A stretch of DNA of 62,973 bases, taken from assembly GCA_946055075.1 (NCBI GenBank), contig CAMGEN010000006.1, positions 1 to 62,973 of the forward strand, written 5' to 3'. Positions 46,074 through 54,507 of this stretch are shown one piece after another. The translations under genes and the position numbers were made by a program. This DNA is from an uncultured Verrucomicrobiota bacterium. Lineage in GTDB: Bacteria; Verrucomicrobiota; Kiritimatiellia; RFP12; UBA1067. Numbering within the stretch: position 1 is the stretch's first letter; each line of letters begins with the position of its first letter. The notes beneath the pieces were generated by a model. That model made no database searches, had not been told where the DNA came from, and saw nothing but the letters and a program-made list of their open reading frames with translations.

Positions 46074-46939
46074 CAATTCTTGAAAAAATTGGCGCAGGAG
46101 GCATGTCGACCGTCTGGAAAGCCTTCGACAACGTCAACAACCGTATCGTTGCAATAAAAATACTGAACGACAACCTCTCCACCTGCGGAGAAGAGGTGCG
46201 TGCGCTCAAGCTCGAAGAACGCCGCATGGAGGAAATCCGCCATCCGGGGATCGTTCAAGCTTATGATTTCGACAACGTAGATGGACGTTGGTACATAGTG
46301 ATGGAATATGTCGACGGATATACATTTTCAGACTATATCATCCGTCGTCATCGAGTCTGCGAGACAGACTGTCTTCTAATCGCACAATCAATCGCCTCTG
46401 CACTCAGCTTTGCCTGGAACGATCACGGCATCGTCCATTGCGACATCAAGCCCGAGAACATTATGATTAATTCCGAAGGCACGATCAAGATCCTCGACCT
46501 CGGAATCTCCTATCGCTATGAATTCAAGGAAGGCAAACTGGCGCAGGCTTCACATATCTCCGGAACTCCTGCATACATCTCGCCAGAGCAAGTTTATGCC
46601 GACGTCGAACTCGACTGCCGTACCGACATCTATTCACTTGGCGCAACGCTTTATCATTTAGCTACAGGGAGAGTACTATTCCCCGGATATGATAACGATG
46701 CCTCAATGCGTGCTCATTGCAACGAGACGGTCCAGGCGAAGGACCCGCGCCTTTATCGTCCTGAACTGTCCAAGGGCTTCGCCCAGATGCTGGAAGCGAT
46801 GCTCGTGAAGAACCGTGACGGACGCCTTTCCAACTGGAACGAAGTGTATTCCATTGCGCAAGCCGTCGAACGCGGAGCGGATTTCCCACCTCGAGAGACC
46901 GAAGGCAACTCCTCAATCCTTCTCAGTCCCTACGGCTGA
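46055..46939 (+). CDS. Hanks-type Ser/Thr protein kinase (catalytic domain only)
   Basis: IGAGGMSTV, VAIK, HCDIKPEN, DLG and GTPAYISPEQ motifs. Confidence 0.92.
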   Translation: MEIPGLTILEKIGAGGMSTVWKAFDNVNNRIVAIKILNDNLSTCGEEVRALKLEERRMEEIRHPGIVQAYDFDNVDGRWYIVMEYVDGYTFSDYIIRRHRVCETDCLLIAQSIASALSFAWNDHGIVHCDIKPENIMINSEGTIKILDLGISYRYEFKEGKLAQASHISGTPAYISPEQVYADVELDCRTDIYSLGATLYHLATGRVLFPGYDNDASMRAHCNETVQAKDPRLYRPELSKGFAQMLEAMLVKNRDGRLSNWNEVYSIAQAVERGADFPPRETEGNSSILLSPYG

Positions 46940-46968
46940 ACGGGAATGCGTGGCAATTACCACATGCT

Positions 46969-47436
46969 TCAGCAAGAAAACGCCACTAGATAGATCATCC
47001 AGTTGATCGCTAGGGAATAGAGATTCGCAAAGAAGTCGTCGATGACGATGCCGCGGCCGCCAGGGATGCGCTGCAACTGACGCGCCGGCCAAGGCTTGAG
47101 GATATCAATGGCCCGGACCACGCAGAAGAAGATCAGCATCGACCACCACGGGAGATCCAGCAGTGGAATGCCGATGAACGAGATCGGATAGAGCATCCAC
47201 TCGTCCGCGGTGATACGCCCGTCATCGATGATTCCGAGGATCTTCTCCGCCGCATCGCAGAACGGAATCGCCAGGAGCGTGAAGCCGAGACACACCGGCA
47301 TCTGCAGCCACAGCGGCAAGGCGCAGACCGCATAGGCAAGTGCAACTCCGGGGAGCGACCCGAAGGTGCCGGGCGCGAACGGAGCAACGAGTCCAAGCCC
47401 GAAACCAGAAGCGACGAAAAGAATGAACTTACGCAT
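46969..47436 (-). CDS. pgpA: Phosphatidylglycerophosphatase A
   Basis: GFGLG..PFAPGTFGS, ADEW, DILKPWP and GIVIDD motifs. Confidence 0.9.
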   Translation of the reverse strand: MRKFILFVASGFGLGLVAPFAPGTFGSLPGVALAYAVCALPLWLQMPVCLGFTLLAIPFCDAAEKILGIIDDGRITADEWMLYPISFIGIPLLDLPWWSMLIFFCVVRAIDILKPWPARQLQRIPGGRGIVIDDFFANLYSLAINWMIYLVAFSC

Positions 47437-47477
47437 TGGATGTAGATGTAGGTTGAAGATGTAGGGGCAGAATGGTG

Positions 47478-48521
47478 TCAGATCTTGACGATTCCGAGAT
47501 CGGAGGGGATCCACCAGTCGTGAAGCGAAAGCTCGAACGGGAACACCTTGATGCCGTCAGGAGCGCAATTGCGCTTGAACGCCTGAGTAAAGAAGCGGCG
47601 CATGAAGATTTTCAATGTTTTGAAAATAGTTGAAGGCGAGAGTTGAAGTTGAAGATCGGAAGGTCCATTCTTCTCTTTAATGAAATACTTCTCAGCAGCG
47701 CGCTGAAGATCCTTCGAACCCATCTCGTTGACGATAAAATTCCAGAGGAAGAAGTCGTGAAGTTCATACGGACCAATCTTATCCTCGGTGATCTGCCCCT
47801 TCACGAGTTCCGGACTCACCGGCGTCGCGATAATATCAAGAATCGCCTCCGCGGCCTTCTTGCCGCCACTTTCTCCAACTCCAACTGACTTCTCCAACTG
47901 TCTTTCCGCCCACCAGCGGCATACCTTACGGACCACAGTCTTAGGGACGTCGCTGTTGACCCCGAACATCGACATGTGATCTCCGTTGTATGTGCACCAA
48001 CCGAGCGCAATCTCGGAAAGGTCTCCAGTACCAATGACGATGCCATTGGTCATGTTCGCCTTGTCCATGAGGATCATCGTACGCATACGGGCCTGGGCGT
48101 TCTCGTAGGTAACATCCGGCGTCTTGCCGTCGTGTCCGATGTCCTTGAGATGCTGACGGACACTCTTCACGATCGAGATCGTTTCTACCTCGAGTCCGAG
48201 TCCCTCGCACAGCTGCTCGGCATTTCCCTTGGTCCGTTTGGTGGTACCGAAACCGGGCATCGTATAGACGTGAATGCCCTGCCTGTCAAGCCGCAACTTC
48301 TCGAATGCACCAACACAAACGAGGAGCGCCAGCGTCGAGTCGAGTCCGCCGGAGAGCCCGACAACCACGTCCTTACAATGAATCGCCTTAAGCCGCTTCA
48401 CAAGTCCCTCGACCTGCATACGATAGATCTTCGCAGGATCACAAGGGAACGGCACCACACTCCCCTTCTTGCAGGGTTTTCCAAGATAAGCCCGATGTTT
48501 AGCTAAAGAACCGACTTCCAT
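47478..48521 (-). CDS. nadE: NAD+ synthetase (synthetase domain only)
   Basis: GLSGGLDS, ENAQAR, GTGDLSE and GPYELHDFF motifs. GAGGAGG Shine-Dalgarno before ATG 48521. Confidence 0.88.
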   Translation of the reverse strand: MEVGSLAKHRAYLGKPCKKGSVVPFPCDPAKIYRMQVEGLVKRLKAIHCKDVVVGLSGGLDSTLALLVCVGAFEKLRLDRQGIHVYTMPGFGTTKRTKGNAEQLCEGLGLEVETISIVKSVRQHLKDIGHDGKTPDVTYENAQARMRTMILMDKANMTNGIVIGTGDLSEIALGWCTYNGDHMSMFGVNSDVPKTVVRKVCRWWAERQLEKSVGVGESGGKKAAEAILDIIATPVSPELVKGQITEDKIGPYELHDFFLWNFIVNEMGSKDLQRAAEKYFIKEKNGPSDLQLQLSPSTIFKTLKIFMRRFFTQAFKRNCAPDGIKVFPFELSLHDWWIPSDLGIVKI

Positions 48522-48565
48522 ATTGACCTCCTCATTCACGCCGTCGTGAGGGCACGACGGAAACT

Positions 48566-49462
48566 TCAGCACGCAAGGGTCGCCTGAATTGCAGCAGTAA
48601 GCGAATGTCTCTCGCCTGGAGCCAGAGTGCGACCACCCGGCCAGTCGCTGACCGGCTCGACACAGACATACTTCTTCCAGTCATCGGGCTCAAAGTCCTT
48701 CATGACCGCTTCCCCGCAGTTCCAGACCACGGTCATGTCATTGCCGGCGGATACCATCGCGAGCGCCCGATGGAGCGAATTGTCGAGAATCGCGTATTCG
48801 TGCTTAGGCTCCATCTTCATCGTGAAGACATGGTCCAGCGCATGATCAACGACGATCTCATCGTCAAACACTGCTTCCTTCGCCTCGACAACATCAAGCG
48901 CCTTGGTTCCACCGAGCCCCTTGATCACCGCGTCATCACGGTTGCGGAGCAGAAAATACGGATGGAATCCGCAACTGAACTTGAAAGGCTCGTCGCCGAT
49001 GTTCTTCGTCGTCATGGATATGTTAAGCTTCATCGAAACGGAGATCTTCATCTCCAACTCGAAATCATGAGGCCACAACTTCTTCGTTTCCCCGTCGCTC
49101 CTGATCGACAGCGTAACCTCGGTCATATCCTCGGAATACTCGGTTCCCTTCACCGTGAACGGCATGATCCGCGCGAAGCCGTGCTGCGGCAGTGTCTTGG
49201 AGAAACGGTTTCCGAACTGCGGCCAGCAGACGGGAACGCCGCCATGGATGGATTCGCCGCGGTTGTAGTCACGCTTCGCGGGACGGAACAGCACCTCGCT
49301 GTGTCCGGTCGGCTTGTACGAAAGCACGTTCGCTCCAAGCATCGCGATCTCCGCGGATCCGTACTTGTTGGCGATGACGACATTAGGATAACCGGCGTGT
49401 CCTTCCTTGAACACGATGCGTCCGGGAGCGCCGTAGCGCGAATTTAATTCGTTGATAGTCAT
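48566..49462 (-). CDS. D-hexose-6-phosphate mutarotase / aldose 1-epimerase family
   Basis: GGVPVCWPQFG, HGFAR, HPYF, VVWN and YVCVE motifs. Confidence 0.88.
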   Translation of the reverse strand: MTINELNSRYGAPGRIVFKEGHAGYPNVVIANKYGSAEIAMLGANVLSYKPTGHSEVLFRPAKRDYNRGESIHGGVPVCWPQFGNRFSKTLPQHGFARIMPFTVKGTEYSEDMTEVTLSIRSDGETKKLWPHDFELEMKISVSMKLNISMTTKNIGDEPFKFSCGFHPYFLLRNRDDAVIKGLGGTKALDVVEAKEAVFDDEIVVDHALDHVFTMKMEPKHEYAILDNSLHRALAMVSAGNDMTVVWNCGEAVMKDFEPDDWKKYVCVEPVSDWPGGRTLAPGERHSLTAAIQATLAC

Positions 49463-49478
49463 AAAGGAAATGGGGATG

Positions 49479-51944
49479 TTATAGTTCGATTCTGTAGGAG
49501 CCGGGATTGTAATTCTTAGCGGGTCGGTTGGGGAGGGTGACGACAGCGGGGGAGGGAACGGTAAATTCCCAGATCACCTTGTCACCTTCGTACCACCAGT
49601 GCGACCTAATGAGTCCCGCGGCGGAATTGTATTCGGCCTTGATGTGTCCGAAACGCTTATCGAAGATCGGACGCATCACGATCTTCTTGAAACCGGGCTC
49701 GTCCACGCTCGGCGCGATTCCAGCAAGATAACGGTACATCCACGCAAGCACCGCGCCATAGGCATAGTGGTTGTAGCTGTTCATGCCCACAGGACCGAAA
49801 CCCTTGTCCTTAGTCCAACCGTTCCAGCGCTCCCAGATCGTAGTCGCGCCCTGGTCGACGGAATAGAGCCAGCTCGGGAACCTGTGGTTAAGCATCAGGT
49901 TCACGGCGATGTCCTGCATCCCGTTCTCGCAAAGCGTATCCATCAGCCACGAGGAGCCGAGGAAACCGGTGAAGTTCCCGTTCTTCTCCAGGTTCGACCT
50001 CAGCGTAGCAATCGTCTTCGCCTTCGCCTCACCCTCAACGATCCCAACCTGCAGTGCCAGCACCGCGGGAGTCTGCATATCGGAGAAGATATTGGTGATC
50101 ATGCCGTCGGCCCCGGTGAAGAACTTCGCCTTGAGATAATCCTTCGCCTCGGCGAACATCGTCTCGTATTTAACGGCGTCCCGACCGGTATCTCGCGCCA
50201 TATCCCTCATCATCCGCGCATTCAGCGCCCAGTAACACGCACCAAGATAGTTCCAATAGACCAGCGCCTCGGGACGCACAGTGCGCTTGCCCCAGGGCCC
50301 CGTGAACGCACAGTAATCGGGACGCCCACCGCCGTCACAGCTCTCGAGCTTCTCCCAGGAGAGCCAGTCGGCCCACTGGTAGTTGCCGCACTCGTCCTTG
50401 ATCGCCGCCATATCGCATTTCGTCTCCGCCTGATAATCCAGCAGCTTCTCCATCGCCGTCCAGTTCTCGTCCACGATCTTCCGGTCGCCGAACTGACGCC
50501 AGATCTTCCACGGCACGATTACGCCGGCATCAGACCAGCCGACGCGCATCATCTCGCGCTCGCCAGACCCGTACTGTGCGAGCGGCGCGACCCCGGGGAA
50601 GCCGCCCTTCGGACTCTGCGTGTCGCGCATATCGCGCATCCACTTCGAGAAGAAGGAACGCGTATCGGCGATATAACCACCGGCATCGGCAAACACCTGC
50701 GTATCCGCGGTCCAACCGAGACGCTCGTTGCGCTGGGGACAGTCCGTCGGAATCGACAGGTAGTTGGAAAGCATTCCCCAATAGACGTTGGAGACGAACT
50801 GGTTGAGCGAGGCGTCACCCGTCTTAAACGAACCGATCTCAAGCTCCTGCTTTATTGAAGTCACCGGGATCGTGGAGACGGACTCGAGGTATACATCACC
50901 ATCAGCCGAGAGCTCCGCATAGCGGTAACCGAAGAACGTGAACCGAGGATGATAGGTCTCGACACCCTCGCCCTTGAAGGTGTAATATACGCGCATTCCG
51001 TACTCGGGACAGCGCAGATTGGCACGATAAATCGAGCCCTTCGGTCCGTCACAGCCGCGCACACCGGCATCAGCGTCATTCAGCATCTCCGCAGGTAAAA
51101 ACGTCAGCTTCGTCCCCGCCTTCGCCGAGAAGACGAATTCCGGAACTGCAGCACAGTTCTGTCCGAAGTCAATAACGAGCTTCTCGCCCTTCTTAAGCTG
51201 ATACGGACCCTTCTTCATCGCGAGATCGCGCCTCAGCGTGACCTCCGCGCCGGCGCTCGGCAGGATCTCGCCCTTGAACTCGGTGTTGATCTCCGGCTCG
51301 GCGAAAACAGCCGTCCACGGATCGATCCTCGCGTCATACTCCTCGCCGTCGAAAATCGCCGCGTGCGTAATAGGTCCGGCGATCGCCGCCTTCCAGTCCT
51401 TCGCGTTCGTCCCGTACACCGCAGTCGTGCCGTCCGTGAAATGTAGCTGCAAAGCCCCGCGGAATGCGCTCTTCTTGCCCGCGAAATGGACGATCTTGTC
51501 ACGCCACCAGCCGGCGGAGACCTCGGCTGCGAATTCGTTCACCGCGCCTTCTTCGGTGTTGATCATGTCGGTAATGTCGTAGGTGAACGAACGACGGGTC
51601 TTCCTGACGTGGGTGAAGCCCGGCTTGAGGAAATCATCTCCAACGAGCACACGGTTGGCGTAGATGTCGTAGACGCCGAGCGCGGTCGTGGTCCAGATCG
51701 CCCGCGCGACCGCCTTGGGATTCCTGACGGACGAGACGAAGAAGCTCGTGCCGTCCGCCGCCCGCTGGGAGGGTCCGCTCCATCCACCCTCCGTAACCGG
51801 CGCATCCTTCACGGACAGCCACTCGGATCCGTCCAGCGGAACCGGATGATCACAACGTTCGGCGCATGGCGCATAGTCGTGAGAAAGACAGCCAACGACA
51901 AAAACAATAGCGGCGGCAACGGTCAGTGTAGTTTGAACTCGCAT
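49479..51944 (-). CDS. GH78 alpha-L-rhamnosidase (putative lipoprotein)
   Basis: IDFGQN, FTFFGYRY, PTDCPQRNERLGWTAD, ATTIWERWN and MNSYNHYAYG motifs. Confidence 0.92.
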   Translation of the reverse strand: MRVQTTLTVAAAIVFVVGCLSHDYAPCAERCDHPVPLDGSEWLSVKDAPVTEGGWSGPSQRAADGTSFFVSSVRNPKAVARAIWTTTALGVYDIYANRVLVGDDFLKPGFTHVRKTRRSFTYDITDMINTEEGAVNEFAAEVSAGWWRDKIVHFAGKKSAFRGALQLHFTDGTTAVYGTNAKDWKAAIAGPITHAAIFDGEEYDARIDPWTAVFAEPEINTEFKGEILPSAGAEVTLRRDLAMKKGPYQLKKGEKLVIDFGQNCAAVPEFVFSAKAGTKLTFLPAEMLNDADAGVRGCDGPKGSIYRANLRCPEYGMRVYYTFKGEGVETYHPRFTFFGYRYAELSADGDVYLESVSTIPVTSIKQELEIGSFKTGDASLNQFVSNVYWGMLSNYLSIPTDCPQRNERLGWTADTQVFADAGGYIADTRSFFSKWMRDMRDTQSPKGGFPGVAPLAQYGSGEREMMRVGWSDAGVIVPWKIWRQFGDRKIVDENWTAMEKLLDYQAETKCDMAAIKDECGNYQWADWLSWEKLESCDGGGRPDYCAFTGPWGKRTVRPEALVYWNYLGACYWALNARMMRDMARDTGRDAVKYETMFAEAKDYLKAKFFTGADGMITNIFSDMQTPAVLALQVGIVEGEAKAKTIATLRSNLEKNGNFTGFLGSSWLMDTLCENGMQDIAVNLMLNHRFPSWLYSVDQGATTIWERWNGWTKDKGFGPVGMNSYNHYAYGAVLAWMYRYLAGIAPSVDEPGFKKIVMRPIFDKRFGHIKAEYNSAAGLIRSHWWYEGDKVIWEFTVPSPAVVTLPNRPAKNYNPGSYRIEL

Positions 51945-52011
51945 ATCACAGTAGCACCTGTTGGAATCTTGGATTGAATATAGAAATTAGCGGAAACGCG
52001 GTTGAATGATG

Positions 52012-52644
52012 TTACTCTACTATGCGATGATAAACATCGGACGCGATCAAGGGATTTACAAAAGTGAAGGCGATAAAGAAATCAGTCTCGTCCTTCTTCA
52101 CGTCGAAAACGAGTCCACCGACGGTGGGACGGCAACCGCCGACCTCAGAGAACGGGATATCGCAGTCGATCTCCTTACCGAGGAAAAGAATCCGCCTGTC
52201 GGTAAAATAACAATGCACCCGCTGGGCCTTGCGCCATTCGCGGGGCTCGTGCGGGAAAGCGACGTCGCCGATACGGCCCTTGACGGTCACCGCATCGTAC
52301 GCTGACGTCCCCTTGACGTACAGCGTCCCTTTCTCATGGAACCAGATATGCTCCGAAGGATCGATGTGAAGTCTGTGGTTTGGACGGTGCGGACGCGGAC
52401 CGTTCGGCTTGATCTCCTTGAGCCACAAGGCGTATCCGCGGCGGTTCTTACGCGTTCGCTTCCAGATTCTGAGCCACACCACCGCCAGCGGCACCAGCAA
52501 CCAGAACGCGGCGAAGATGACGACGAGACCCCCGATGGAGGTCATATAGTTCTGGTTCCAGATGTTATCCAAGTCGCGATAGATGTACCACGCGATCCCA
52601 AGCAGGAACACGAAGGCGATCAGTTTTCTCAGCGCGAACTTCAA
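52012..52644 (-). CDS. Hypothetical membrane protein
   Basis: Two N-terminal TM helices and a soluble C-terminal domain (YFTDRRILF, PH-like). Confidence 0.65.
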   Translation of the reverse strand: MKFALRKLIAFVFLLGIAWYIYRDLDNIWNQNYMTSIGGLVVIFAAFWLLVPLAVVWLRIWKRTRKNRRGYALWLKEIKPNGPRPHRPNHRLHIDPSEHIWFHEKGTLYVKGTSAYDAVTVKGRIGDVAFPHEPREWRKAQRVHCYFTDRRILFLGKEIDCDIPFSEVGGCRPTVGGLVFDVKKDETDFFIAFTFVNPLIASDVYHRIVE

Positions 52645-52654
52645 TTCTTCTCTC

Positions 52655-54331
52655 TCACTTCATCGTAAATTCGATCACAGGAATCTCGACTGGCGGCTTC
52701 TCGACCGGCAGGAAAAGTCTTCCCCACTTAATCTCGACTTCGCTCTTATCGTTCAACAGCTGCGCATAATCGATCTTGTCTGCGAACTCGAGCGGCATCT
52801 CGCCGAACTGCCAGAAGAGGACATGCATATAGAGTTTGCGCGTCTGCGGATTCCAGGTGAGGATCGTGTTCGCCGGGGCCTTGTATTCCGCCGGAGCCCG
52901 CGTACAGCCGTAGATCGATTCGCCGTTGGCACGAAGCCACTTGCCGTAGCCGACGAGCCGGTCGAGCGCACGGTAATCGAAGTTGCCGCGTCCGTCGGGC
53001 CCCACGTTCATGATCACGTTGCCGCCGTTCGCGACGGTAAAGATCAGCTGCTCGAGGCATTGCGGCACCGACTTCCAGCTGCGCTCGTCGCGGGCATAGC
53101 CCCAGGCACCGGAGAAGGTCTGGCAGGTCTCCCACGGCACCTCGCGTCCGTTAACCGTCACCGGTTTCGACTCGCGGTTCTGCTCGGGCGTGGCGAAATC
53201 CCAACCGTCCTCGTAGTCGGTGAGATCGAGACGGTTGTCGATGATGATATCGGGCTGCAGCCGCTTGGTCAACTTAAGGATGCCTTCGGAATCCCAGTCG
53301 TAACGCGTCTTACCATTGGGTCCTGGGAAGGAGAAATCGTACCATAAGATGTCGATTTTGCCATAATTGGTCAGCAGCTCGGTGATCTGGTTCTTCATGA
53401 ATGCGCGGTATTTCGCCATGTCACGGTTCTTGTTGACGGCTTCGGGACCGGAACCGTTCCCCTCGAAAGCCTGGTCTTCCAACTCCTGGCGCCGCGGATG
53501 ATAACGGTCGATCGTGTAATCGGGATGGTGCCAGTCAAGCAGCGAATAATAGAATCCGACCTTAAGCCCCTCCGCGCGAAACGCCTCGACGAATTCCTTG
53601 ACGAGATCGCGCCCGAACGCAGTATTGGTGATCTTGTAGTTGGAGAACTTCGTATCGAAAAGCGAGAAGCCCTCGTGATGACGAGTCGTAAGGACCGCAT
53701 ACTTCATTCCCGCATCCTTCGCCGCCTTCGCCCACTTCTTCGCATCGAACTGATCCGGATTGAAGTTCTTGAAATAACGGTCGTAATCGGAGTCGGAAAT
53801 CCTCGCATTGGACTTCTGCCATTCGTGAATGCCCTGCGCGGCATAAAGCCCGAAATGAATAAACATTCCAAACCGCGCCTCCGTCCACCACTCCATGCGC
53901 TTGAGCTTCTGCTCCCAGGTCTCGTCCGTCAGATGCATCGTGAAACCGTAAGGCACGACATCGTACTTGACGCTCGCCGCATCAACCTCCGCTCCGTCCA
54001 ACAGCACATACTGCTGGCGCGGAATAGTATGGAAGCGGAAAGTCGTGACCCCATCCTTGGTCTCATAAACGCCGACATCACATGCGACCTTCGGATCCTC
54101 ATCGCCGAGATTCTTCCACCACTTCGCGTAGACCTTCGGCTTTGCCTCGCCCTTCCAGGAGAGCGAACGGACCGCGACCTCGTTGCCGAAATCAACGAAG
54201 ACGCGTGTAGGTGACTTCTGGACAATCGCCAGTTTCGCGGCATCGACCGAATCCGCAGGCATGTTCCCGGTTTCCGCTGCGAAAAGCACGGCCGAGGCGA
54301 GAGCTATCGAAAGTGAGAATAATTTCTTCAT
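52655..54331 (-). CDS. GH29 alpha-L-fucosidase
   Basis: Signal peptide; ARFGMFIHFG, TTRHHEGF, YYSLLDWH, LWYDFS and NVGPDG motifs. Confidence 0.93.
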   Translation of the reverse strand: MKKLFSLSIALASAVLFAAETGNMPADSVDAAKLAIVQKSPTRVFVDFGNEVAVRSLSWKGEAKPKVYAKWWKNLGDEDPKVACDVGVYETKDGVTTFRFHTIPRQQYVLLDGAEVDAASVKYDVVPYGFTMHLTDETWEQKLKRMEWWTEARFGMFIHFGLYAAQGIHEWQKSNARISDSDYDRYFKNFNPDQFDAKKWAKAAKDAGMKYAVLTTRHHEGFSLFDTKFSNYKITNTAFGRDLVKEFVEAFRAEGLKVGFYYSLLDWHHPDYTIDRYHPRRQELEDQAFEGNGSGPEAVNKNRDMAKYRAFMKNQITELLTNYGKIDILWYDFSFPGPNGKTRYDWDSEGILKLTKRLQPDIIIDNRLDLTDYEDGWDFATPEQNRESKPVTVNGREVPWETCQTFSGAWGYARDERSWKSVPQCLEQLIFTVANGGNVIMNVGPDGRGNFDYRALDRLVGYGKWLRANGESIYGCTRAPAEYKAPANTILTWNPQTRKLYMHVLFWQFGEMPLEFADKIDYAQLLNDKSEVEIKWGRLFLPVEKPPVEIPVIEFTMK

Positions 54332-54507
54332 ACGAACCCCTTATTTTATTATTTTACGATGTGGTAATATTACACTGCATTCTTGCTGATCTCCTGTATA
54401 GTAACAAGAGCATCGCAAAATGCTTTTTGTTTTCATGAACAAATCTCTTCCGATAGGTCTAAACATAGCTGGATTTCAGGATCTCATCCCAGACTTTGCC
54501 ATATTAT

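Noticed and set aside
54364-54373. Palindrome GTAATATTAC upstream of the fucosidase gene as an operator
   Set aside because: It is a single 10-bp AT-rich palindrome with no second copy or regulator identified.
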